Source: Desulfonatronospira thiodismutans ASO3-1
GTDB taxonomy: Bacteria; Desulfobacterota; Desulfovibrionia; Desulfovibrionales; Desulfonatronovibrionaceae
Direction of reading: 5' to 3'
Length of the DNA stretch: 32,000 nt
Assembly: GCF_000174435.1 (NCBI RefSeq)
Contig: NZ_ACJN02000002.1
Span: 779,490 to 811,489, forward strand
Shown: positions 1 through 9,601 of the stretch, one piece after another
Layout: every line of letters begins with the position of its first letter
How positions within the stretch are numbered: position 1 is the first letter of the stretch
Program-made: the position numbers and the translations under genes
Notes under the pieces: generated by a model
Databases searched by the model: none
Told to the model about the DNA's origin: nothing
The model's input: only the letters and a program-made list of their open reading frames with translations

Positions 1-284
1 CCCTCCTGGCAGAAGATCAGACCAATCCTGCCTATATTTGTATCTGCGACAGCATAAATAGAATCCAGGTTGTTGCCATACAATTCCAGCCATTGATCCC
101 AAACATCATGCGGCACGGTAGAGTGCTCCCGGCAGAAGACCTGCATTTTATAACTCTGCAAAATGACCTCCCCTTCAGGATTTATAAGAAAGGCAGAATT
201 AAAAAACCGGTCTGGAAATTTGGGGTGTTTAACCTTTGCCTGAGCTATAAGGTACAAATCAAACTCTCTGGCTACATCACCGAG
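1..284 (-). pseudogene. carbon-nitrogen hydrolase (nitrilase/amidase superfamily) gene, 3' segment; split from its 5' segment by an IS21-family insertion and continuing past the window start
   Basis: The reverse-strand translation reads GDVAREFDLYLIAQAKVKHPKFPDRFFNSAFLINPEGEVILQSYKMQVFCREHSTVPHDVWDQWLELYGNNLDSIYAVADTNIGRIGLIFCQEG. It joins in frame to the ...GKETDMLG end of segment 3017-3316 once the IS and one ACCGAG copy are removed. The IGLIFCQEG stretch resembles the catalytic-Cys strand of CN hydrolases. Confidence 0.7.
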
Positions 285-528
285 TGCGTATTTCACGGGA
301 AAACGGACAGCATTCCACAGCAAAGTGGACAGTGTTCCATGGGAAAAAGGACAGCATTCCATGCTCATGATGGACAGTCATTCCACGGCAAGGTGGACAG
401 CATTCCACGGGAAGATGGACACCTTCACAATGAACTCGCCGCTCTAAGGAGCACCTCTTCTTTTTAAGTTTGACGCGGGATAACCTGTCAATCATGTACC
501 TCCAAACAAATTCAAACGGGAGGTACAA

Positions 529-2076
529 ATGCCACAGGAGAGGTTATCCATGCGAAAAATTTCTGAAATCCTGCGTTTAAAATACGGACAAGGCTTCAGC
601 ACCCGCCAGATTGCCAAGTGCTGCGATATAGGCAAGTCCACAGTTGCCACCTATATATCCAGAGCAAAAAATGCCGGGATTTTCTGGCCGCTGCCTGAGA
701 ATATGACAGAGGAGAGGCTTCACGAGCTTCTGTTTCCTCCGCAGCAAAATGAGCATAAAGTATCTACCCCAGTACCGGACTGGAACCTGGTGCATCAGGA
801 AATGCAAAAAAAGGGTGTGACCAAGTTTTTGCTCTGGGAAGAATACAAAGAGGCCAACCCAGACGGCTTCGAGTACAGCTGGTTCTGCCGGGAATACAGA
901 GCATGGCGCGGCAAGCTTGATCTGGTCATGCGCCACAACCACAGGGCCGGCGAAAAGCTCTTCGTTGATTATGCCGGCCATACTGTACCGGTTACGGATC
1001 CGGGAACAGGAGAAATAAGCCAGGCCCAGATCTTTGTAGCTGTCATGGGTGCAAGCAACTACACCTATGCGGAAGCCACCTGGAGCCAGAACCTCTGGGA
1101 CTGGATCAACTCCCATGTCCGGACCTTCAAGTTTCTACAGGGAGTCCCCTTGATTACAATCCCGGACAATCTCAAGTCCGGAGTCAATAAACCCCATATA
1201 TATGAGCCGGATCTGAACCCCACCTATCAAGACATGGCCCTGCACTACAATACGGCGGTCATCCCTGCCAGGAGAAAAAAGCCAAAGGACAAGGCCAAAG
1301 CCGAAAGCGGTGTGCTTCTTGTCTCCAGGTGGATTCTGGCCAGGCTCAGAAATCAGCAGTTTTTCTCCCTGTGGGAGTTAAACCTGGAAATCAGGAAGCT
1401 GCTGGAAAAGCTAAACGACAAGCCTTTCAAAAAACTGCCAGGGAGCAGGAAGTCGCTCTTTGAAGAAATAGACAGACCTGCTCTGCAGCCGCTTCCGGCC
1501 ACACATTATGAATATGCCCTCTGGAAGAAGGTTAAGGTGAACATAGACTATCACGTGGAGATTGACCGGCATTACTACTCAGTTCCCCATCACCTGGTCA
1601 AAAAAAGGCTTGATGCCAGGTACACGGAAAACACTGTGGAGCTGTTCCACAAGAACTCCCGGGTGGCCAGCCATAAAAGATCCTATAACAAAAGGAGCTA
1701 TACCACGGTCAAAGAACATATGCCCAAGGCTCACAGGGAGCATGATTACTGGAATCCGGAGCGGCTGATAAACTGGGCCAGCAAGACTGGACCTGCCACG
1801 GCCAAGCTGATCAAAACCATCATGGGCAAAAGGATCCATCCCCAGCAGGGCTTTAGGCCTTGCCTGGGCGTCATGCGCCTGGGCAAGCAATATGGAGAAG
1901 AAAGGCTTGAATCTGCCTGTTTAAGAGCCCTGACCCTGGGATCGACAAACTACAAGAGCGTAGAATCCATCCTGAAGAACAACCTGGACAAACAGCCTTT
2001 ACCAAGTCCGTCCGAGAATTCTGAAGCTCCGGTGCTGGAGCATGACAACATCCGGGGCGCAAACTACTATCATTAA
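529..2076 (+). CDS. istA: IS21-family transposase IstA
   Basis: A 515-aa ORF with an N-terminal HTH (MRKISEILRLKYGQGFSTRQIAKCCDIGKSTV) and a DDE-type core (LFVDYAGHT...; ...TIPDNLKSGV). Its size and its position upstream of istB are typical of IS21. Confidence 0.9.
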   Translation: MPQERLSMRKISEILRLKYGQGFSTRQIAKCCDIGKSTVATYISRAKNAGIFWPLPENMTEERLHELLFPPQQNEHKVSTPVPDWNLVHQEMQKKGVTKFLLWEEYKEANPDGFEYSWFCREYRAWRGKLDLVMRHNHRAGEKLFVDYAGHTVPVTDPGTGEISQAQIFVAVMGASNYTYAEATWSQNLWDWINSHVRTFKFLQGVPLITIPDNLKSGVNKPHIYEPDLNPTYQDMALHYNTAVIPARRKKPKDKAKAESGVLLVSRWILARLRNQQFFSLWELNLEIRKLLEKLNDKPFKKLPGSRKSLFEEIDRPALQPLPATHYEYALWKKVKVNIDYHVEIDRHYYSVPHHLVKKRLDARYTENTVELFHKNSRVASHKRSYNKRSYTTVKEHMPKAHREHDYWNPERLINWASKTGPATAKLIKTIMGKRIHPQQGFRPCLGVMRLGKQYGEERLESACLRALTLGSTNYKSVESILKNNLDKQPLPSPSENSEAPVLEHDNIRGANYYH

Positions 2077-2088
2077 AAGGAGGACAAA

Positions 2089-2844
2089 ATGTTAAACCAC
2101 CCCACTCTTGAAAAACTACAAACCATGCGACTGACAGGCATGCTTAAGGCCCTGCAGGAACAGCAGGAAACCAGGGAAATTGAGGCCCTGTCCTTTGAAG
2201 AAAGACTGGGCCTGCTCCTGGACCGGGAGATGACGGAAAGAGAATCCAAACGTCTGCAAACAAGGCTCAAAAAAGCCAAGCTGAGGCACAGGGCTGTGGT
2301 TGAAGACATTAACTACCGTCATCCCAGAAGACTGGACAAGTCACAAGTCTTCAAGCTTTGTGACTGCCAGTGGATAAAAGAGCATCAAAACCTGATTATT
2401 ACAGGACCCACAGGGATAGGCAAAAGCTGGCTGGCCTGTGCCCTGGCCCAAAAAGCCTGCAGAGAGGGATACAGCGCCCTCTATACCCGCATGCCCCGTC
2501 TCTTGCAGGATGTGGGCATATCCAGAGGTGACGGGCGTTACCCCAAAGTCATGAAAGAGCTGGCCAAAACAGATCTGCTGGTCCTGGATGACTGGGGCAT
2601 AAGCCCGCTTAAAGCTGAACAGCTAAGAGATCTACTGGAGATCCTTGAGGACCGGCACGGGCTGCGCTCCACCCTGGTTACAAGCCAGCTCTCAATCCAA
2701 AAATGGCACGAGTATCTGGGTGATCCCACCCTGGCTGACGCTGTCCTGGATCGCCTGATCCACAATGCACACCGAATGGATCTTTGGGGAGATTCCATGC
2801 GCGAACTGGAAGCATCGTTGACTTCAAAGAACAGTTTCGATTAA
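2089..2844 (+). CDS. istB: IS21-family helper ATPase IstB
   Basis: A 251-aa ORF with Walker A GPTGIGKSWLA and Walker B LLVLDDWG. An AAGGAGG RBS lies upstream, and the ORF immediately follows istA. Confidence 0.9.
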   Translation: MLNHPTLEKLQTMRLTGMLKALQEQQETREIEALSFEERLGLLLDREMTERESKRLQTRLKKAKLRHRAVVEDINYRHPRRLDKSQVFKLCDCQWIKEHQNLIITGPTGIGKSWLACALAQKACREGYSALYTRMPRLLQDVGISRGDGRYPKVMKELAKTDLLVLDDWGISPLKAEQLRDLLEILEDRHGLRSTLVTSQLSIQKWHEYLGDPTLADAVLDRLIHNAHRMDLWGDSMRELEASLTSKNSFD

Positions 2845-3016
2845 AACAAGGCATCCCGCGTCGCTTCGCTCCGATAAGCGCTTTGTTCTGTGAATGACAT
2901 CTGTCCACCATCAGCGTGGAACACTGTCCACTTTCCCATGGAATGCTGTCCACCATCAGTGTGGAACACTGTCCATCATGCCGTGTACTGACTGTCCACT
3001 TTGCGTGGAATACGCA

Positions 3017-3316
3017 ACCGAGCATATCTGTTTCTTTTCCTGGGATGTCGATAGCCATATTATTGGCAAAATCTACATGATCCCTGTCCATCAGCTCATC
3101 GTTAAACCCTTGCAGAGCGCCTTCAGGAATAGTTGCCAGTTTTACAGGCATTTCTATTCCGCCAAGCCAATAGCCTGCCCTTATGATATCTGTGATGTGC
3201 GAAATATTTCTTTTTATGTCTTCCCTGCTGGACGTACCTACCATAGCCGGCTGAATGGCCAGGGCCATATACTGCTCAATTGGCTTGTCGCTTCTGAGAT
3301 TTTTTTCTTTGATCAT
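3017..3316 (-). pseudogene. carbon-nitrogen hydrolase gene, 5' segment (start codon to the IS21 insertion point)
   Basis: The reverse strand shows AAAGGAGAG RBS - ATG (3316) MIKEKNLRSDKPIEQYMALAIQPAMVGTSSREDIKRNISHITDIIRAGYWLGGIEMPVKLATIPEGALQGFNDE... This is an N-terminal pattern typical of nitrilase/amidase-like CN hydrolases. The track ORF 2678-3367 runs on into the IS end only by chance. Confidence 0.7.
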
Positions 3317-3753
3317 GCTGCTCTCTCCTTTCAAAAGTTTTAGCAAAACTAGTTTGGCGTGCTTCAAAAATCAAATCTTTATCCTTAGCTTGCCTACCTG
3401 TTAGTTTTGGACTTAACACCGCGAGGGTTATTTGAACTCAATTTTTTAAGTTACTGTTCAGCCATGGGAGTTTAATTTGACAGCCCTGGAATCCTGCGGC
3501 AATAAGCATGGGGCTGTGAGACATGTGAGACAGTTGGACCTGGATTTTGTTTTCTTTAGTCTGATTTGTGTACTGGTATTAAACTTAACATGACAATCTA
3601 TCTCAACGTCTTTATTTATTGTATATAATATGGTATAATAGACTTTTTTACCAGACTTAGATTTTTCCTGCCCAACATTTTTTCTTTCCAAGATGCGACT
3701 GCAAAAAGTCTGTCTCGTAACACTTTCTCTGTGAACTGATTTTCAATATATTA

Positions 3754-3782
3754 TTGACAAATAACAAGGTTTTTGCTATGCA
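3754..3782 (+). promoter_or_regulatory. putative sigma70-type promoter for the IS transposase
   Basis: TTGACA (3754-3759), a 17-nt spacer, then TATGCA (3777-3782), lying ~30 nt upstream of the GGGAG RBS and ATG 3810. Confidence 0.35.
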
Positions 3783-3809
3783 GTCTCCTAACAACAGGGA
3801 GACATAAAC

Positions 3810-5513
3810 ATGTTACACGCAAAGAATAGAATGCAACCTTATCTGCCAATAAACGTTACTTATTTCAATGATAGAAAGTATGATTATTTACAGAAGACAA
3901 TATATCATACCTTCAGGACTGTCTTTTTGCCTTTTTTGCCTGTTAAAATTTACGGTAAGCACTTCGATAAAACAATGGGCAGAAAAACTAAAGACGTACA
4001 GTCAATGCTAGGACTCTTTATCTTGCAGGCGCTGTTTGACCTTAAAGATAGCGATGCCGTTGAAGCATATACTTTTGACCAAAAGTTTCATTATGCCTTA
4101 GATATTAAAGAGCAGGAAGCCTATTTATCAGCAAGAGCTTTTTACTACTACAAGACAATCCTGCTGGGCACGGAAGACCACATCTTCGAGCAGATCCTGG
4201 CCAAAATTTTTGACGAACTCCAATTTGACTACTCCCTGCAAAGAACCGATTCATCTCTTGTTCGCCTCAACCTCAAAAAAATGTCCCAATGGGAACTCTT
4301 CAAAAAAACTCTGATTAAAGCCCTGAACGACATCAAAGCCAAGCACCCCGTCATCTTCAAGAGTGTGCCTGAGCACATCCAGCAATACATCCAAAATGAC
4401 GAAAACAACACTTGGTTTTCAGACTTCACCCCCAGCAAGGCCAATGACTACCTCGTCCAAGCCGCCAGAGACGCCCTGGAACTAAAAGAGCTTTTCGAAA
4501 GCCATCCCAAAATCTCAAAACTGGAATCCTTTCAGCTGGTACAGCGCCTCATCAATGAACAGGTGGACGTGGATGATCAGGGCCAAATCAAAGTCGAGAT
4601 AAAAGAGGAATGCAAGGGATCCGCCATGGCCAATCCCCATGATCCCGATGCTCAGTACAATGGCCACAAAAAAGATATCGGAGTCAAGCTCAATACATCA
4701 GAAACCTGTGCACCTGACAAGGATACGCCTAATCCGCAAATTATCACCCATGCAGAGGTTACCCCCGCCAATATCTCGGACCATGAACTCCTGCAGCCAT
4801 CAATAGATGCCAGAGAGGAGAAGGGCTTTAAGCCTGATGTGGAACTGACTGACAATGGCTATGAATCCGATGCAAACCATCAGGCCCTGCAGGAAAAAGG
4901 CGTTGACCTCATCGCACCTCCCACCGGAAAGCCGCCTGAAGGCTTTGGAGTCATGGACTTTGAACTTCAGGAAAATGGACAATCCATTGATGCCTGCCCC
5001 ATGGGACAGACCTGTATTGAAAACAAAATTAATCAAAAAAAGCAAAAGACGGCTTCATACTTTGACCCCGAACAATGTCGAGCATGCCCGCATTCCGAGG
5101 ACTGTCCAATAAAAATCACCAAGCGCAAGGCAAAGGTGGAATGGCAATGGAGCAAACCTCGCTTGGAAGCCAGAAGACATGCCTTTCAAGAAGATCAGGA
5201 ACTAATCAATCTTTTCAAACAACGGGCCGGAGGTGAAGCCGGCTTTTCCCAGCTCAAGGTTAATCTTGGCCTGAGAAGATTGAGATGTCGTGGATCCGTG
5301 AAATCAAAGTTTAAAATTATCATGGCGGTCACGGCCTTAAACATCAAAAGAGCTTTCAACTGGATGAAGGGCGGCAGTAGTGGGTCCAGAGCCCGAAACA
5401 ATAAAGATTTTGAACCGGATACAGGCATACTTTTGTTTTTTTTCTGGCTTTTCTGTTCATATCTTCGCAAAATTTTGATCGTCTCGGGCCTGCGTCCGAA
5501 AATTTTTAGCTGA
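3810..5513 (+). CDS. DDE transposase, IS1182-like
   Basis: A 567-aa ORF. It contains LTDNGYESDANHQALQEKGVDLIAPP (DDE region), a Cys cluster CRACPHSEDCP, and a C-terminal GGEAGFSQLKVNLGLRRLRCRGSVKSKFKIIMAVTALNIKR. From memory, all three are typical of IS1182/IS5-type transposases. Confidence 0.75.
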   Translation: MLHAKNRMQPYLPINVTYFNDRKYDYLQKTIYHTFRTVFLPFLPVKIYGKHFDKTMGRKTKDVQSMLGLFILQALFDLKDSDAVEAYTFDQKFHYALDIKEQEAYLSARAFYYYKTILLGTEDHIFEQILAKIFDELQFDYSLQRTDSSLVRLNLKKMSQWELFKKTLIKALNDIKAKHPVIFKSVPEHIQQYIQNDENNTWFSDFTPSKANDYLVQAARDALELKELFESHPKISKLESFQLVQRLINEQVDVDDQGQIKVEIKEECKGSAMANPHDPDAQYNGHKKDIGVKLNTSETCAPDKDTPNPQIITHAEVTPANISDHELLQPSIDAREEKGFKPDVELTDNGYESDANHQALQEKGVDLIAPPTGKPPEGFGVMDFELQENGQSIDACPMGQTCIENKINQKKQKTASYFDPEQCRACPHSEDCPIKITKRKAKVEWQWSKPRLEARRHAFQEDQELINLFKQRAGGEAGFSQLKVNLGLRRLRCRGSVKSKFKIIMAVTALNIKRAFNWMKGGSSGSRARNNKDFEPDTGILLFFFWLFCSYLRKILIVSGLRPKIFS

Positions 5514-5593
5514 TCTTCGAAAAAAGTCGTAACACGAATTATTGGCCGTTAATCTTGATCTGGCAAAAAATGGACTTTTTGCAGACGCATCTT

Positions 5594-6485
5594 TGTTCAC
5601 ACTCATTTAAAGCAGCTACCCCTTTTTGCATCTCAAGATGGGCAGGTAGAACCTGTAGCTGAAAGACAGAATTATCTTCTATTTGACCGCATGATCGCTT
5701 TTCATGTCCAGCGCGGGGTGAGCGTGCCCATGTCTGCTGCTGAGTTTTACCAGGGACTGGCCCAGCGCTTTGATGAGCGGGATGGCATGTATTTTCTGCC
5801 TGAGCAGGCTGCTGAATACGACCGGAAACGCAGGACAGTAAAAATATTCCGAGAGCTGACGCTCATGGTCATTGACGAGGCTTCGGCCATTCAATGGCTC
5901 AAGCAGCAACTGTCCAGAAAGCCCCAGACCTTTCAGGAGTTGCATCCTCAGTTTATGAAAGAAATCGGGGGCTGGCAAAAACATGAGAAGATGCTGGAGC
6001 TCTCTGATCTGCTGGAGCAGAATTTTCTGATATATAGTGAGGGCAGCCCCATACCTGCCCAGATTGTTTCCTGGATGAAGCAAAGCGAGGAGATGCGAAG
6101 CATCATTGCTGAAGAGACTGAAGTTGGCCGCTTGCGTGAAGACCAGGGCGCTTTGCATATAGAGCAAACCACCCCGCAAATCTCCAAATTGATCAGCCGG
6201 GCCAAGTCCCGCTGGTATGTACCCAATCCCAACAGGGCTGCGGACCTGGAAAAACTCCGGGAGAAGTCCCTGCTCAAGGAGTTCGAGGAATACAAACAAT
6301 TCAAGGGCCGGAAGATGAAGCAATTCAGACTGGAGGCGGTCCGGGCCGGATTCAAAAAGGCCTGGCAGGACCGGGACTACGAGACCATCATCAATATCGC
6401 CGAAAAGATCCCGGAGAAGGTTCTCCAGGAAGACCCAAAACTGCTAATGTGGTATGATCAGGCGGTGACCAGGGTGGGGAATTAG
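5594..6485 (+). pseudogene. 3' remnant of a large defence-island DNA methyltransferase gene (PglXI/PglX-like C-terminal region), 5'-truncated at the IS end
   Basis: The reading frame is open from the first base after the IS right end (..VHTHLKQLPLFASQDGQVEPVAERQNYLLFDRMIAFHVQRG..) through to the stop at 6485. The C-terminal motif LLKEFEEYKQFKGRKMKQFRLEAVRAGFKKAWQDRDYETIINIAEKIPEKVLQEDPKLLMWYDQA is one I recall from C-termini of BREX/defence methylases. No methyltransferase catalytic motifs are present, so only the tail survives. Confidence 0.55.
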
Positions 6486-6487
6486 TA

Positions 6488-7126
6488 ATGAAGCTGGATG
6501 AGCCTATTCCTATTTATCGGCTCATGCATGTAGACAATCTGCCGGTTTGTTTGAATCGAGGTGGACTACACGCACCTCATTACGTTCCTGAAAACGGGCT
6601 CAGCTACACGGCAATTCACAATATTGACATCCAGCAGATCAGACGTGTCAGATATATAAAATGCGGTCCAGGAGGTACGGTGCATGATTATGTGGGTTTT
6701 TATTTTGGCCCACGCCCACCCATGCTCCTGCAATTGCATACCGGACAGGTACCTGGATATGATCAAGGACAGGAGCCATTGATTTATATCGTGTCTACAG
6801 TACAATCTGTAATTGAGGCGGGCCTTGATTATGTCTTTTCAGACGGCCATGGGATAGCCGCCTATACACAATGGTTTAGTAATATTGAAGATTTAGACAA
6901 GGTGGATTGGAATACGGTATAAGCAAATTATTGGGCTGATACCAATGAAGATATGGACAGGCAACGTCGCAAGCAAGCTGAATTTTTGGTTTACCAGTCT
7001 TGTCCATGGGATATTGTTAGCTCTATTGGCGTGTTGAGTGATAGTGTGAAGATCAAGGTAGAGAAAATCTTGAACCAATATTCCATGATAACGCCGGTAC
7101 AAATACAAAGGCAGTGGTACTACTGA
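6488..7126 (+). pseudogene. darT: darT (DUF4433 ssDNA ADP-ribosyltransferase toxin) interrupted by an in-frame TAA at 6920-6922
   Basis: N-terminal part: PIYRLMHVDNLPVCLNRGGL...DYVGFYFGPRPPMLLQL...YVFSDGHGIAAYTQWFSNIEDLDKVDWNTV, then a stop. The same frame continues ANYWADTNEDMDRQRRKQAEFLVYQSCPWDIVSSIGV...QRQWYY to TGA 7124-7126. The downstream part carries the conserved KQAEFLV motif. Confidence 0.8.
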
Positions 7127-7137
7127 GAGGATAAAAA

Positions 7138-8172
7138 ATGATAGAGCATGTCCAAGGAAATATTTTGAACGCCCAGACAGAAGCTCTGGTCAATACAGTG
7201 AACTGTGTAGGCGTTATGGGCAAAGGAATTGCTTTGCAATTCAAGAAAGCCTTTCCTGAAAACTTCAAGACATATAGAAATGCTTGCCAGCGAGGAGAAG
7301 TCAAGCCTGGTCGTATGTTTGTTTTTGATACCGGGCAAGAGCTTCCAAGATACATAATCAACTTTCCCACTAAGCGTCATTGGCGAGACAAAAGCAGATA
7401 TGAAGATATAGAAGCTGGTTTGCAAGCCTTGGTCAAAGAAATAACGGCTCGAAATATAAGCTCTATTGCCGTTCCTCCTTTAGGATCGGGCCTGGGTGGG
7501 CTGGATTGGGCAAAGATAAAGCCGATGATCGAAAGAGCATTCAGTGACCTCCCCAATGTACAGATTCAGTTGTTTAAGCCTGAAGGATCGCCCCAGGCTT
7601 CAGAAATGCCAGTAGGCTCTGACAGGCCGCATCTGACAACGGCCAGGGCCTTGTTTATCAAACTGATGCAGCAATATAAGCGTTTTGCATACAGGCTTAC
7701 CCTTTTGGAGATACAGAAGTTGGCCTATCTTCTTCAAGAGTCTGGGCTGAACCTGAGGCTTTCCTATGTCAGGCATTACTATGGACCATACGCACATAAT
7801 TTGAACAAGGTCCTGGAGATATTGGAAGGCCATTATATTTCAGGATATGGAGACACCCAAAAGCCTGATGTGGAGATCAAACTGTTGCCTGATGCAATTG
7901 ATGCTGCTGATGTACTCCTGAGCAAACATCTAGAAGCTTATAAACATCTCAACAGGGTTGCCGACCTTGTTGATGGCTTTGAAACACCTTATGGTATGGA
8001 GATGTTATCGTCGGTACATTGGCTGGCAGTTCACGAACGGCTGGCCGTTGATCAACAAAGCGCTATATCAGCCATGGCTGGATGGAATGAACGAAAAAAG
8101 TGTTTGTTCAAGCCAGAGCACATTTGTATTGCCTGGGACCGGCTTCAAGAAGAGGGCTGGATAACCTATTGA
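7138..8172 (+). CDS. darG: DarG antitoxin (N-terminal macrodomain plus C-terminal DarT-associated domain)
   Basis: A 344-aa ORF with macrodomain signature GNILNAQTEALVNTVNCVGVMGKGIALQFKKAFPENF and ...SIAVPPLGSGLGGLDW. It lies immediately downstream of darT and has a GAGAGG RBS. Confidence 0.85.
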   Translation: MIEHVQGNILNAQTEALVNTVNCVGVMGKGIALQFKKAFPENFKTYRNACQRGEVKPGRMFVFDTGQELPRYIINFPTKRHWRDKSRYEDIEAGLQALVKEITARNISSIAVPPLGSGLGGLDWAKIKPMIERAFSDLPNVQIQLFKPEGSPQASEMPVGSDRPHLTTARALFIKLMQQYKRFAYRLTLLEIQKLAYLLQESGLNLRLSYVRHYYGPYAHNLNKVLEILEGHYISGYGDTQKPDVEIKLLPDAIDAADVLLSKHLEAYKHLNRVADLVDGFETPYGMEMLSSVHWLAVHERLAVDQQSAISAMAGWNERKKCLFKPEHICIAWDRLQEEGWITY

Positions 8173-8229
8173 AATCAATTGACTTAGAAGAGGAAATTTA
8201 TCTCTCATCAGATAAATGGTTGAGTCCTG

Positions 8230-9601
8230 ATGCATGACTGGCAGTACAGCATTCAGCATAATCAACCCTGCCGGGTATTGGAAAAGCACTCTCTCTGGGG
8301 CCAAGACATATGCCGGGTCTGGCTGCCTGAGCAGGATGCTGTGGTCCGGGTTCCTGCCGGTGCGCTCACTCCTCTTGAAAAAGGCGCTCGCTACTCCACC
8401 AGCGCCATTATCTATATCTCCACAGCCGCCAGAATTGCTGACGCCCTGACTCAGGATGTCTTGCTTGCGCCCATAGAATCTCAGGTAATCCCTCTGCCGC
8501 ATCAGATCCACGCCCTGGCCCGGGCGACTTCCGGGGACAAAGTACGCTACCTTCTGGCTGATGAAGTCGGTCTGGGTAAGACCATTGAAGCCGGTCTGAT
8601 CATGCGGGAGCTAAAACTCAGGGGCCAGGTCCGGCGTGTGCTGATTGTGGCACCCAAAGGTCTGGTCTCCCAATGGGTGGCTGAGATGCAGTTTCATTTC
8701 AGTGAACATTTTCAGCTTATGCTGCCAGGAGATGTGCAGGGACTTGGCCGCATGGCCCCTGCAATATCCAGAGATTATACAAATGCAGATTCCCTGGACA
8801 ATCCGGCCAACCCATGGCGGCTGCTTTCTCAGGTGGTGATTCCCCTGGATTCCTTCAAGCCTCTGGACAACAGGCAAGGCATGTCCAGATCTTGCAGCTT
8901 ATGGCGGCAGGGCGGAAAACAAAGGCAGCTTCTGGAATCTGATCTGGCCTGGAGACGACAATGTTCTTGCTGCTGCCTTTACTGCCAGGGATGCTGAGAT
9001 AACTCCACAAGCCAGCCTGTTGACCCTGGAGGATTCCAGGATACGAGCTTTGGCCATGCGGCTTCCTTGTTGGGCGCCTGGCCAGCCACTGCCCGTGACC
9101 ACAATTCCTGGTGCTGCTGCTTCTCTTCAAGGGGTGTGGTCTTTGTGGCGTATTGCTATTATCACCCAGGACTGGAAAAAGGTGCGGATCATGCCCCTTT
9201 TCATCGATGATCAGGGCAAGAATTTCAGTTTAAGCGCCAGGAACATCTGGGATCTGTTGCTCAGTGCAGAGCCTGTTATACATGATTATCTGGGCAGCCA
9301 GAGTTCTTACAAAAGGTATGGGTATTCTTCCAGGGTTGCGGAAAAGCAGGGTCAGCCTCAGTATCAAGAGCTTTTACAGGAGCATGCAAGCCAATTGAGC
9401 CGGGAGCAGGAAAAAATGCGTTATTATTTCGCAGCCAGAAGAAAAATAATCGAGAGCATTGGACTGCCTGAAGTGCGTGCATATCGCTTCAGGAAGCTGG
9501 AACAAGAAGAACAGGCCAGCCAGGCCGAGTTGCAGAGAAAGGCTGAGGTTATTCCTGAGATTGAGCCCTTGCTTATGCTGCGTATACAGGGGGAAAAATG
9601 A
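8230..9601 (+). pseudogene. SNF2-family helicase gene (BrxHII-like) with a large internal deletion and frameshift
   Basis: ORF 8230-8997 carries SNF2 motifs I/Ia (LLADEVGLGKTIEAG; LIVAPKGLVSQWVAEM) and then degenerates after ~8885. A different frame is open from ~8840 and reads ..DLAAYGGRAENKGSFWNLIWPGDDNVLAAAFTARDAEITPQASLLTLEDSRIRAL.. into ORF 9020-9601. No DEAH box and no helicase-C motifs appear anywhere. The last codons overlap the pglZ start (ATGA). Confidence 0.7.

Larger units (their letters stand above)
285..3016 (+). mobile_element. IS21-family insertion sequence (istA-istB) with TG...CA termini, multiple subterminal repeats and a 6-bp target duplication
   Basis: The left end TGCGTATTTCACGGG (285-) is inverted relative to the right end ...CGTGGAATACGCA (-3016). 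About six GGACAGnnTTCCA-type repeats lie at 300-430, with inverted copies at 2890-3010, as is typical of IS21 multiple terminal repeats. ACCGAG is present at 279-284 and again at 3017-3022. The element carries an istA/istB gene pair. Confidence 0.9.
3690..5593 (+). mobile_element. IS1182-like (IS4/IS5 superfamily) insertion sequence with ~21-bp terminal inverted repeats
   Basis: IRL AAGATGCGACTGCAAAAAGTC (3690-3710) matches the reverse complement of IRR GACTTTTTGCAGACGCATCTT (5573-5593) with one mismatch. The element holds a single 567-aa transposase ORF. A subterminal AAAAGTC..GTAACAC motif occurs near both ends. I see no matching direct repeat in the flanks. Confidence 0.8.

Noticed and set aside
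93-467. Track ORFs 93-467 (+), 277-528 (-) and 2894-3343 (+)
   Set aside because: They run through the IS21 terminal repeat arrays and the antisense strand of the split CN hydrolase gene. Their repetitive His/Gly/Lys-rich translations reflect the GGACAGnnTTCCA repeats.
3458-3691. 77-aa minus-strand ORF in the AT-rich region left of the IS1182-like element
   Set aside because: It has no RBS and low-complexity Lys/Thr-rich content, and it ends at the IS boundary. It is most likely non-coding promoter-region DNA.
5679-6355. Long minus-strand ORFs opposite the methylase remnants (5679-6323, 5948-6355, 16173-16772, 16193-16594)
   Set aside because: These are shadow ORFs antisense to clearly homologous plus-strand coding sequence, with Leu/Ser/Arg-rich unnatural composition.
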